From Octopus vulgaris (Eukaryota), in assembly GCA_951406725.2 (NCBI GenBank), contig OX597815.1, forward strand, positions 61,070,001-61,134,000: DNA of 64,000 nt. The letters are read 5' to 3'. Under the pieces are notes generated by a model, which saw only the letters and a list, made by a program, of their open reading frames with translations, searched no databases and was not told where the DNA came from. Numbering within the stretch: position 1 is the first letter of the stretch; each line of letters begins with the position of its first letter. Position numbers and translations under genes: made by a program. Positions 28,090 to 40,250 of the stretch are shown here, in pieces.

Positions 28090-28163
<74 letters not shown>

Positions 28164-28708
28164 TATGTGGGCACAGACGTTTCGAAACGTGTACAACAAA
28201 AAAATACGAAGCACGAGTACATGGAATATGGACTATTCTTTCGAACAACGAAAGACACACAAATGGAAAATAAAAGAAACAACATAAATAACGACCCTTC
28301 ATCAGTTGTTGGCTGTTTTTCTAGTCTCGTATTTCGAGCATTTAACAACAATATACGCTTTCGATAAAACAGTTGCTCCCGCAAAGCAAATTAAAATAAA
28401 ATTTTGGAAGGTTAAAATTGGTAACACAAACAGGACAGTGAAAACAAACAGGAAGGGCTACTAATCCTAAACGGGGTTGTGGTAGCGAACGCGTAAATCA
28501 AGCTAGGACAGGAGACAAACAAGAACACGTCTTCCTTGTTCCAGCTACAACGGAGAGAAAGAAAGAAAGATGGCCGATGGTCACATAGGAGCCACGTGAG
28601 CCAGGGAGGAGGCGTGAGAGAGAGAGTGAGTGACAATAGGATAGAATTGTGGGAGAAGAGGAGGTAAAAGAATAAGAGAGAGAAAAAGAGAGAAAAACGA
28701 AAGAGTAA

Positions 28709-28745
<37 letters not shown>

Positions 28746-28938
28746 ATATATATATAGTTAAATATATATATATATAAAATATATATAAATATATATATAT
28801 ATTTAAAATATATATATAGTTAAATATATATATATATAGTTAATCCAAACAAGAAAACACAAAAAAACGCAACAACGCGAGGACGTGGAACAAATATAGT
28901 ATTATTGGACGCTCAGGAAAGAAGGGAAGAAGGAGGAG

Positions 28939-28982
<44 letters not shown>

Positions 28983-29207
28983 GGAGTAAACACATAAATG
29001 TGAAACAAGGTGGAAAAAAGATATATATATATATATGTATGTATATATAAGCATATGTATATATTCCTGTTTAAACAACACTAATTATATAATTTATATG
29101 TAAGGAAATATATTTCTGACGTTAAATAATATGAAGTGGTTGATTAATGTCACGCGACACTACCACCCACGCCAACACCATCGCGAAACACCGCCACGCC
29201 GACATTC

Positions 29208-29250
29208 CATCCACTGATGAGTGCTCCAAGCGTGGGCGAAACGTCAGATG
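29208..29250 (+). ncRNA. Minimal hammerhead-like motif
   Basis: CATCca-CTGATGA-gtGCtCCA agcg TGGGC-GAAA-CG-TC^-aGATG; core intact, stems imperfect. Confidence 0.45.
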
Positions 29251-29859
29251 AGCTGCAATTCTGTTCTGTTAAAGGTTTAGCACGAGGAATACTGGATAAT
29301 ACAGCGATTTGTAATGCAACAGAGTCACAAATGTGTTTTTGAAGAATACACACAAGAGAACATCAAATTAGATTTAAACTAAATTTACTGTCATTTGATC
29401 AACATTAGTGAAACAAAGCCAGGCTCTCTCTCCCTCTCTCTCTGTATATACACCCTGCCTGTCCTTAATGACAGCATATACGAACTCAAATACATACATA
29501 TGAACTCTCTCACATACATGCATACGTAATTATATACGGATATACATAGACATACATGCATACATACACATGCACATACGTAGATACACACATATACACA
29601 GATTCAAACATTCATTCAAACACAGACATGCATATACATGCATACACATAGACACACGTACACATACATACATACACCATTAACATACATATATACATAC
29701 GCACATATTACACATATACACCCACACATACATACACACAAATACCACATACATGCATGCATACACACATTCACACACATACATACAAGCATATAAACAT
29801 ACATACATATACATATAAATACATACTGACAGACATACAGACATGGTGATTGCTCTATT

Positions 29860-30540
29860 TTCACTGATGATTGCCGTCTCTCTGAGCTTCTGCATTGGCA
29901 TTTCTGACCTTCCTTCTATCAGCTTTCAAATGACTATACAGTTTCGCTGTAGATCCGCATGGTTTGAAACATAATTGATAGATGAAAGATTTAACTTCCA
30001 CTGGATCGGACTTGCAAGCTCTTTTACACGTTATATACAGTTTATCTTTCACGGGCCTTCACATGATTGATATACCCAGTCTTAAAAAGGAGTGCACAGC
30101 CACAGGCTTCACACCTCCAGTACTTTAACCCTTCGTGTTCAAGGCAACCGGCTTCAAAAGTTTTACAACTTTCCCTTATACGTGTCCTCCCCTCAGCTCT
30201 TTCCAAAGCTAGTCCTTCACAGTTCTTTACATTGATCTACAGGTCGTTGCCTTTTATGCAGTCTTTGTGCCATTTTGGGGACTTGCGCTGGGGACGCTCT
30301 CCAGTGCACAACTCATCGTAGAACTGCTGTTGTGGAATCTCCTCTTTTCCATAAGTACAACATGGCAGGTACAGTGCATCTGAGTAGATATGATGAGTGA
30401 CTGGATGTTCGTGCAACCTGCCTTTGCAAGGACTTTAGTGTCAGGTGTTTTTCTTTACCGTATGATATTGAATATCTATCTGAAAGATTTCTGATGAGAG
30501 TGTTGAAACAAGATGCCTATGTTGTACTGTCCGTGTTTCA
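29860..30540 (-). mobile_element. Degraded RTE-clade LINE 3' fragment
   Basis: Broken frames read PDTKVLAKAGCTNIQSLIISTQ...CHVVLME...FYDELCTGERPQRKSPKWHKDCIK, like an RTE C-terminus. Confidence 0.55.
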
Positions 30541-31233
30541 AAGGAGTACAATAGAGTTGTTAGTACTCAAGCCTTGTAAACATACATAAATACACTCATA
30601 CACACATACATACATACATACATACATACATACATACATACATACATACATACATACATACATACATACATACAAACATGCATAATACATACATACGTAG
30701 AAATACATACATATACATACACATACACATGCACTCATACATACATTCACACATACGCAAATACATACATACACGATAATCATACATATATACATAATCA
30801 TACATACACACATACGTAGAAATACACGCATACATACATACATGCACACACAACATAATCACACATACATGCACACACAACATAATCACACATACATACA
30901 TACATACATACATACATACTTACCATTCACTCAGATATCCATTAAAATTCTGAAGAGATGACATTTTGTCCTGTTAAAATCTTTCACTTGTTCCAGAAAT
31001 ACGAAAATCTTGTCTCCCACGTGACTCACACACTGCGACACCGTGAATAATTCACTACAGTTAGAGGGCGCCACGTTCACAATTAATGCAATTGCCCTCA
31101 CAAGAAACAGCAACAGCAGCAGCAGCAACAACAACTATATGATATTCAAACATCAAATATTTTCATTGCAGGCTTGTTCCTCCATGGACATCACGGTGTG
31201 CATATGCGCGCAAGCGTGTGCGTGTGAGCGCGC

Positions 31234-31278
<45 letters not shown>

Positions 31279-31670
31279 ATACATGTATATGCATGCATTT
31301 ATTGCAGCATGTTTTAAATATCTAAGTATGTATTTATATGTCCTTGTATATATGCATGTGTGTGTTTACATATATATACATACGTGTGCGTGTGTATGCA
31401 TGTAAATGTGTGTGTATATTATCATGTATGCGTCTACATTTGTAAATAAGTGTGTATGACAACGAGTGTGTGTGTGTGTGTGTTGTAGTGAAGGTACGTA
31501 TTTGACTGTCGGTTGGTGGCGTGACTGTAGGAGTCGAAGAGGGGAAGAAGAAAGATGGTAGGAAGGGGGTGAAGAAGGGGAGATTCAGCAGAGGGAGAAA
31601 GGGGAGTGGGAAAAGTTAGTGAGGAGTCAGAATGATGAAGAACAAATACTGAGTACATAATAAGGGCGTT

Positions 31671-31720
<50 letters not shown>

Positions 31721-32463
31721 TGTGCGTGTGTGCGTGCGTTTGTGTGTGTATGTTTGTTTGTTTGTGTGGGTGTGTGTTTTATGCGTGTAGCTAGAGATAA
31801 AGACAGGCACAGAGAGAAAGGGCACACCCACACATGTATACATATATAACTAGTATTGGCACTAACTGGCACTCTGTCGGTAACCACGACGAGTGATCTT
31901 GTTGATCCGATAGTGGGAACAGCCTGCTTGTCAAATAAACAGCAAGTGGCCAAGCACTCCACTGAAACGCCTACCTTTAACGTAGTTCTCAGAGAGGTTC
32001 AACATGCCACAGAATGTAACGAGGCAGGCCATGGGTAATTCACAGGTACAACTCATTTTGCAAGCTAGCTAGACTCAGCTGTCTACACATATATATATAG
32101 TGTGACATTTAGGCATATGTACATATATGCAAATATATACACGCATAGTTGCATGTATATATGAACGTGTGTGTCGGTCAATATGTGTAGTTTTGTGTAT
32201 ACCCATGTGTGTGCGTGTGTTGGTATGTGTGCGTGTGTACATGTGTGAATGTGTGCGTGTGTGAATGTGTGCGTGCGTGTGTGTTTATGCTTGTCTCCTA
32301 ACCCCTATGATAACAGTTACTAGTCTTTCTTATTTAGTGGTTCGGCAAAGGGGACCGATAAATAATTACCGGACTTGAAAAAAAAATGATTCCATGGGCG
32401 CAATTCAATGAGTGAAACTTGCTTTCACATGTCAGGGTATATAAATGATGAGTGAGTATGGAG

Positions 32464-32835
32464 CTATATTACAGGGTGCAGTTTTTGAGTACAGAAAGGA
32501 ACATGGTTAGGATTGATGGGTGGCTTTATTTGGTTTAAGCAATGTAAGATATATCTAAATTTGGCTCGTTTCATGCTCGCGCGCAAGTGTTTTATAGGTG
32601 GGGAGCCTGGCGGAGTGGTAGGGTGTAGATTTGGAGGAGATTTGTCAAGGGAGAGTTGCGTGAAGTTGACTTCAAAGCTGGCAACGAAGGTGGAGGCTTT
32701 CTCCAGAGGAGAACTATACATGGAACGATCATTGTTGAGAAGGAAAGGGAGAATTTCGGCACATTTCCTTTGGAAAAAAAGCAGTGGGATTGGCTGCAGC
32801 TTGAGAGGCGGAACGCTTGAGGGCCATGAAGGCAT
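32464..32835 (-). mobile_element. Degraded LINE fragment (pre-RT region, CR1/Jockey-like)
   Basis: SPLEKASTFVASFEVNFT...PP resembles the linker preceding the RT in these clades; weak. Confidence 0.35.
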
Positions 32836-33162
32836 TCAATTCAAACTAGATCTTTACCTTGGGGACATAAACACACCAACACCTGTTGTTAAGCGGTAGT
32901 GGTGGTGGTGGTGGTGGGGCACAGAAACAAAGACACACACACACACATGGATATATATAGTTACCATGATTGACCGCTAAATTCACAAGTTTTTTTTTCT
33001 CTCTGTTTATTTCCTCGTGTTCCTTTCTGTTAAAAAGTGTAGGCTCGAAACGTAAAAAACTTTCTCACCTTCCCGAGCGTCAAACTAATACACCTGCTTG
33101 ATGCTTACACACCTATTTTCGTCTTTTGTTTTTTCTGTAAATTTCAACTATATATATATATA

Positions 33163-33860
33163 CTAGCAGTATCGCCCAGCGTTGCTCGGGTTTGTAAGGG
33201 AAATAACTATATAAGCATTTTTAGAGAGTTATAGCCAAAAAATAGCAAAAAAATGTATTAAAAATGGAAAAAAAATGATGGTAATTTTTTTTTAATCGTT
33301 GACTCATCGTAGACATTTTTAGAGAGTTACTTCCCTTATATAATAGCGAAAAGATGCATTAAAATGGAAAAAAATTATGGTAAATTTTTTCTTTATCGTA
33401 GACTCATCGTAGACGCGCGCTAATACCCAGAATGGCTCGATATGAATCACGACTATAAGATACCCGGTTTTGGTTAAACTGCACCGCAAAATGTGGGAGT
33501 AGTTAGGAATCTAAATCGTAGGAGACAGACACACAACTTCACTTTTATATATAAAGACTAGCAGTATCGCCCGGCGTTGCTCGGGTTTGTAAGGGAAATA
33601 ACTATATAAGCATTTTTAGAGAGTTACTTCCATTATATAATAACAAAAAAATGCATTAAAAATGGGGAAAAATGATGGTAAACTCTTTTTAAAATTGTAG
33701 ACTCCTTATAGACACGCGCTAATACCCAGAAGGGCTCGATGTGAATCACGACTATAAGATACCCGCTTTTGGTTAAACTGCACCGCAAAATGTGGGAGTA
33801 GTTAGGAATCTAAATCGTAGGAGACAGACACTCACACAACTTCACTTTTATATATAAAGA
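33163..33860 (-). mobile_element. Head-to-tail dimer of non-autonomous Helitrons (33558-33860 and 33163-33557)
   Basis: Each unit starts 5'-TCTTTATATATAAAAG and ends CCCGAGCAACGC(C/T)GGGCGATACTGCTAG; junction CTAG|TC; inserted at A|T with no duplication. Confidence 0.85.
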
Positions 33861-34029
33861 TATATACACACACACACATATGACGGGCTTCTTTCAGTTT
33901 CCATCGTCTTAAATCCACTGACAAGGTTTTAATGGGTCCAAGGTTATAGTCCAAGTTACCATGCATTGGGACTGAATCCGGAAGCATGTGGTTGGCAAGC
34001 AAGCTCCTTACCACACAGCCACTAAACAT

Positions 34030-34440
34030 AACACTAAAACTAACAACACCTAAAAGTATTATAATATAAAACTAAATGTAGTGACACTGTATATAGCCAA
34101 ACATTCTAACAATCCAGCTTCAACAATAAAGAGTCAAGCCAACGATATAAACCGGATAATTACTTCAATATCCTTTATTGAACTCAGCAGAACCTTACTA
34201 CAATAATGCTCTAAAAGTGAGCGAGTCCAAGAAAGGAAAGTTAAAAATCATGAAAAATCTCAGGAACCCAAGATTAGTCCCAAATTAACTCAAGATCGAG
34301 CTAAAGAGAAGCAGAAACCGAAACGACTTCAGTCTAAATAAGTCATCGCATTTGGTCAACATATATTCCTAACAATAATCACCAAACACTTCCCGATCGA
34401 TCATTATAATTTCCCTGGAATTCCAGCATGATCCTGGTCG
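34030..34440 (+). mobile_element. Highly degraded PLE RT-thumb fragment
   Basis: NSAEPYYNNALK and FGQHIFLTIITKHFP resemble RYNAALLK and NVIFRHFG in the 42373-43836 ORF. Confidence 0.35.
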
Positions 34441-34759
34441 TGGCTGTTGACACACACATACATGTATTCCTAGCATACATACATACGTACATAAATACAT
34501 GCATGCCTACATGTACACATACATATGCATGCATGCATGCATACATACATACATACATACATACATGTGGGGGGTGTATGTGCATATATATATATATATT
34601 GAGGGCATTACAAAATAAATATAAGAGAGTGGTCACTATATTGATCACTCTAGCACCAGTTAATCCAAAAGGTTTCAACCACGAAAATACATGTTTCCCA
34701 TGAAAGCCAGTACGACTGTTAGCTCACACGGACAGGGCAAATAAAAAATAACAAAAATA

Positions 34760-34853
34760 CAGATTATTTTGGGACAATTGTTTCGCTATTAATGAATTAA
34801 ATGTAATATTACTTACAATAATCCATTTGTAGCTCGTCAGCCAAGACTATCTG
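34760..34853 (-). ncRNA. Type I hammerhead ribozyme, array copy 1
   Basis: Reverse complement of 36801-36894. Confidence 0.85.
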
Positions 34854-35292
34854 GATGAAATCCACTCAATCACACGCCAGATTTTACCATAACGATAAAT
34901 ACGCGTGTGGTTCAATTGATTACATCCGACGTTATAATTCAAATGCCCCAACCAACAGCGCGCCAAACTCTCACGGAAAACAAATACAGCAATTAGAAAT
35001 AAATGCAGCATAATTATAATTAATTAATAAGGGTGAGAGAATTAGATACTAATTTAATAGTATATTTATTCCACACCAAGTGGCCTAGTGCTACGAGAAA
35101 CCTGGATTATTATAATATTTTATAACATATTATAATATTTTCACAAAATAAATATAAGAGAGTGGTCACTATATTGATCACTCTAGCACCAGTTAATCCA
35201 AAAGGTTTCAACCACGAAAATACATGTTTCCCATGAAAGCCAGTACGACTGTTAGCTCACACGGACAGGGCAAATAAAAAATAACAAAAATA

Positions 35293-35386
35293 CAGATTAT
35301 TTTGGGACAATTGTTTCGCTATTAATGAATTAAATGTAATATTACTTACAATAATCCATTTGTAGCTCGTCAGCCAAGACTATCTG
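35293..35386 (-). ncRNA. Type I hammerhead ribozyme, array copy 2
   Basis: Same sequence 533 bp downstream of copy 1. Confidence 0.85.
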
Positions 35387-35825
35387 GATGAAATCCACTC
35401 AATCACACGCCAGATTTTACCATAACGATAAATACGCGTGTGGTTCAATTGATTACATCCGACGTTATAATTCAAATGCCCCAACCAACAGCGCGCCAAA
35501 CTCTCACGGAAAACAAATACAGCAATTAGAAATAAATGCAGCATAATTATAATTAATTAATAAGGGTGAGAGAATTAGATACTAATTTAATAGTATATTT
35601 ATTCCACACCAAGTGGCCTAGTGCTACGAGAAACCTGGATTATTATAATATTTTATAACATATTATAATATTTTCACAAAATAAATATAAGAGAGTGGTC
35701 ACTATATTGATCACTCTAGCACCAGTTAATCCAAAAGGTTTCAACCACGAAAATACATGTTTCTCATGAAAGCCAGTACGACTGTTAGCTCACACGGACA
35801 GGGCAAATAAAAAATAACAAAAATA

Positions 35826-35919
35826 CAGATTATTTTGGGACAATTGTTTCGCTATTAATGAATTAAATGTAATATTACTTACAATAATCCATTTGTAGCT
35901 CGTCAGCCAAGACTATCTG
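35826..35919 (-). ncRNA. Type I hammerhead ribozyme, array copy 3
   Basis: Same sequence 533 bp downstream of copy 2. Confidence 0.85.
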
Positions 35920-36800
35920 GATGAAATCCACTCAATCACACGCCAGATTTTACCATAACGATAAATACGCGTGTGGTTCAATTGATTACATCCGACGTTA
36001 TAATTCAAATGCCCCAACCAACAGCGCGCCAAACTCTCACGGAAAACAAATACAGCAATTAGAAATAAATGCAGCATAATTATAATTAATTAATAAGGGT
36101 GAGAGAATTAGATACTAATTTAATAGTATATTTATTCCACACCAAGTGGCCTAGTGCTACGAGAAACCTGGATTATTATAATATTTTATAACATATTATA
36201 ATATTTTCACAAAATAAATATAAGAGAGTGGTCACTATATTGATCACTCTAGCACCAGTTAATCCAAAAGGTTTCAACCACGAAAATACATGTTTCCCAT
36301 GAAAGCCAGTACGACTGTTAGCTCACACGGACAGGGCAAATAAAAATAACAAAAATACAGATTATTTTGGGACAATTGTTTCGCTATTAATGAATTAAAT
36401 GTAAGTCGTACTGGCTTTCATGGGAAACATGTATTTTCGTGGTTGAAACCTTTTGGATTAACTGGTGCTAGAGTGATCAATATAGTGACCACTCTCTTAT
36501 ATTTATTTTGTGAAAATATTATAATATGTTATAAAATATTATAATAATCCAGGTTTCTCGTAGCACTAGGCCACTTGGTGTGGAATAAATATACTATTAA
36601 ATTAGTATCTAATTCTCTCACCCTTATTAATTAATTATAATTATGCTGCATTTATTTCTAATTGCTGTATTTGTTTTCCGTGAGAGTTTGGCGCGCTGTT
36701 GGTTGGGGCATTTGAATTATAACGTCGGATGTAATCAATTGAACCACACGCGTATTTATCGTTATGGTAAAATCTGGCGTGTGATTGAGTGGATTTCATC

Positions 36801-36894
36801 CAGATAGTCTTGGCTGACGAGCTACAAATGGATTATTGTAAGTAATATTACATTTAATTCATTAATAGCGAAACAATTGTCCCAAAATAATCTG
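36801..36894 (+). ncRNA. Type I hammerhead ribozyme, inverted array copy
   Basis: CAGATagtcTTGG-CTGACGA(36814-20)-GCTA...TAGC-GAAA(36870-73)-CAATTG-TC^(36881)-CCAAaataATCTG. Confidence 0.88.
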
Positions 36895-37974
36895 TATTTT
36901 TGTTATTTTTTATTTGCCCTGTCCGTGTGAGCTAACAGTCGTACTGGCTTTCATGGGAAACATGTATTTTCGTGGTTGAAACCTTTGGATTAACTGGTGC
37001 TAGAGTGATCAATATAGTGACCACTCTCTTATATTTATTTTGTGAAAATATTATAATATGTTATAAAATGTTATAATAATCCAGGTTTCTCGTAGCACTA
37101 GGCCACTTGGTGTGGAATAAATATACTATTAAATTAGTATCTAATTCTCTCACCCTTATTAATTAATTATTGAGGGCATTACTATACATAAATGTCACAC
37201 GCTAGGAGGGACTCTTAAAGTCAAAACTACCAAAATAATTAAACACATTGTACAGAATACGAGGGAATGCAACTCTCGAAGCGAGCATTTTAAAAACACA
37301 ATTCAGCTGCATATCATGAGTTGCATTTGCAATGAATATTTCCCAGTATTTAACAGCATTCCCCAATATGTTCAACTCCCATATAACATATCTACAAACA
37401 TACTTTGGAGTACTAGAATATAAAGATGTACTTCATGAGGACACAGCTTGGCTTATAACCCTATCTACATACTATGTCTGTGTGATTGTGTATGTGTGTG
37501 TTTGTGTGTGTATATGTGTGTGTGTGTGTGCATGTGTGTGTGTGTGTGTGTGTGTGCGTCCAAATCTTACGGAGGCCTCGAAAGGTATTTTAAGATCCAC
37601 AAAGATCAGGATAGTGCTGCTCATGGTGGTCTAAAGCAGATGTTATTTATGTTGGTGTCTTTTCAATACATTGTCTGGTTCAAAAAGCCACATCAGACGC
37701 CATGATATGTATGTATGAATAATGCAATGGGAATCAAACAGAAATTGGAAAATTTACTTTTGAAGCGTCTAACAGTTTACACAGAAACAATATGCAAATA
37801 TTCCAGATCAATGTGCAAGATGCAAAATATTAAACTGGTCAGTTTTGGCGGTCCATATAAAGACGAACAGACGTATAATGATCTTAGGCATCTTGTAAAT
37901 CCATTGAAGTATCAATGGTACTGCCATAGTAACAAATCTAAAGCACACACAGTGAAACCGCTTGGTACAGATTG

Positions 37975-38743
37975 ACCTCTATCTCTGCTGTGTGCTTGGA
38001 AGGAAGGTGTATAGCGTGGGATTGTCGCATTGACCGTGACATTAAAAGTTGAGCAGAGAATCTACATCAAATTTTGCCAACAGCTTGGTGATACCTGCTC
38101 AGAGGCCCACGCAAAGTTTTCATCGTTCTCAACACAGTCAATGAAATCTTGTACAATTGAAACCCGAGTGTCTTTTTGGTCAGCTGAAAGCAGTTTTGGC
38201 ACAAACTTGGCAGACACGCGTCTCATACCCAAATCTTCAGTTACAATGGACTGAACTGAACCGTAACTAATCTTCACAGCTTTTGATAGCTTACGGATGG
38301 TGATTCGACGATTTTTCCCTCACTGCTGCACGTGCATCTGTAATGTTTTTCTCAGTTCTCCTGGTTGCGAGTCTCCCAGAATGTTCGTCACAATCGACAT
38401 TTTTTCGGCCATCTTGGGAACGTCTGAACCACTCGTACACTTGTGTGTAGCTCATACACTCCATACAACTTTGCGTAGGTCACTGAGCAGATATTGCCAT
38501 GACAACTTCCTCTGTCATGCTCTATATACGTTCCTCCATCACGCTTTGCATACGTTCCTCCATCACGTTCTACATACGTTTCTCCCAAGCACTGCTGTAA
38601 ACAGCTGAAGTAAGTTAAAATGCTAAAACTTAGTGCACGTAAATAACAGGGTCCACGGACAATCTGTGCCAAGTGGCTTAACTCTACATGCTTTAGTTTC
38701 GTTACTATGACAACAGTCCGGATACTTATTGATCATACCTCGT
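37975..38743. mobile_element. Rearranged mariner remnant with internal inversion
   Basis: Plus strand EQRIYIKFC; minus strand VYEWFRR and ISYGSVQSIVTEDLGMRRVSAKFVPKLL; TIR-like end ...GATCATACCTCG|TA. Confidence 0.7.
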
Positions 38744-38825
38744 ACATACATTTCCCAATGAGTCTATACTTAAAGTCATAGATTTACCTACCTCAAAAGA
38801 TTTCGAATATGTATGTATATCCATA

Positions 38826-39631
38826 TACGAAGAGGTACCCAGAAGTAACCGGAAACGTCCCCTGTAGGACAAGCCCGTTGTAATTCGGGCTTCCACCGCT
38901 AGAAGCCACTTGATTCAACCCTCGGGCATTAGTCTGCCGACCAGCGTCGTCCTGTGATGGACGTGGTGCATCTTTGTTTTGCAGTGCTTCTTCCCTGTTC
39001 GTGGATTTTTGCAATAGGTAAAAAGAAGGAACAGCGTGCTTCCGTGAAATTCAGATTTCAGCTGGAGAAAACGGTGGCCAAAACAGTTGTCATGCTTCAA
39101 ACAAATAAAACCAACTTCGACCTCCCGAACGAATGAAAAATCGTGAAAATTCGTGAACTGATCTTGGAGGACCGTCACCGAACAATTGACGAAATTGTTG
39201 ATATAATTGGTGTGCCCTAGAGCTCCTGCTAACGAATTTTGAGCGAGCAATTCCGAATGAAAAGAATAGCAGCAAAATATCTGCTTCGCTTGCTCACGGA
39301 AGATCAAAAGCAGTCACAACTGAATGCGTGTCGTGGACTGAAAGAAGAGTTGGAAGTTGATCCAGACTTATTTTTGAAGGTTATCACTGGTGGTGAAAGT
39401 TGATGCTACGGAATTTGCAGATGTGGAACAAAAGAAAAAAAAACGACTGGGGCCTTAAAAGGTATCGCTTCGCAAAAGTTCCAGCATGCGTCGAACAGTG
39501 GAAAACGCTTCTGGACCGATGCATTGCTTCAAATGGAGAATACTTTGAAAGCGATAAAAGTGTAAACATGTAAAACTAAGTGAATAAAATAACATTGCAA
39601 AATTCTGGTTTCTTTTGGGTACACACGCATA
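38826..39631 (+). mobile_element. Internally deleted mariner remnant
   Basis: EQRASVKFRFQLEKTVAKT, KVITGGES and RCIASNGEYFE; imperfect TIRs around GTACCCAGAAG / CTTTTGGGTAC. Confidence 0.65.
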
Positions 39632-39710
39632 CTAATAAAGAGGTGTGTGTGTGTGTATATATCTGTATGTATGTACGTGTGTAGGTATGTATGTATGTAT
39701 TATATATATA

Positions 39711-39907
39711 TCACCATCACAACACGTGACCGACCAGTCCATCAGAAGAAAGAACAGTACAGCAGGGATCCCGCCCCTGCCGGAGCCTCGTGGAGCTTTT
39801 AGGTGTTTTCGCTCAATAAACACTCACAACGCCCGGTCTGGGAATCGAAACCGCGATCCTACGATCGCGAGTCCGCTGCCGTAACCACTAGGCCATTGCA
39901 CCTCCAC
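39711..39907 (-). mobile_element. tRNA-derived SINE
   Basis: Minus strand A box TGGCCTAGTGG and B-box-like GGTTTCGATTCC. Confidence 0.75.
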
Positions 39908-39946
<39 letters not shown>

Positions 39947-40126
39947 TACAAAATTAGAGAATGGAGAAACATACTTAAATCAATAAAACATCAACTATCC
40001 GATGATACCCAATCAATACTTTAATACACCATTACATATGAGTAGAGGCATTATACAAAAAGAGATATACATTAATAGTAAAAAGATAAAGAGATATAAG
40101 TAAAAAATTTCAAATATAATATGCAA

Positions 40127-40250
40127 TTAATCAAAACTGACAGCTGTTTCGGCAGTGAGGGCAGTCATACCTCATTTAACCTATAAGCCATAAAGGCAGG
40201 TATAAATGAGGCATTAACAATGGTGCCCCACGGCCTCTTCAGAGAATTAA
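40127..40250 (-). ncRNA. Type I hammerhead ribozyme with very long stem II
   Basis: TTAATTCT-CTGAAGA-GGC...GCC-GAAA-CAGCTG-TC^-AGttttGATTAA; stem III palindrome ACAGCTGT. Confidence 0.75.

Larger units (their letters stand above)
34612..37170. mobile_element. Hammerhead-bearing 533-bp tandem array with inversion and flanking direct repeat (retrozyme-like / PLE-pLTR concatemer)
   Basis: Unit starts at 34611, 35144, 35677 and 36210; orientation switches at 36404/36405; inverted part runs to 37170; TATTGAGGGCATTAC at 34597-34611 and 37168-37182. Confidence 0.9.

Noticed and set aside
34611-36404. CRISPR array, rDNA or plain satellite reading of the tandem repeat
   Set aside because: No unique spacers and no rRNA-like sequence; the ribozyme and flanking duplication favour a retro-insertion.
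37200-37975. Possible host exon or zinc-finger remnant
   Set aside because: Short open frames with no recognisable homology; the C2H2-like string sits among stop codons.
39825-39907. tRNA gene (also 908-990)
   Set aside because: A/B boxes are present but I see no convincing acceptor stem; it runs into a SINE body.
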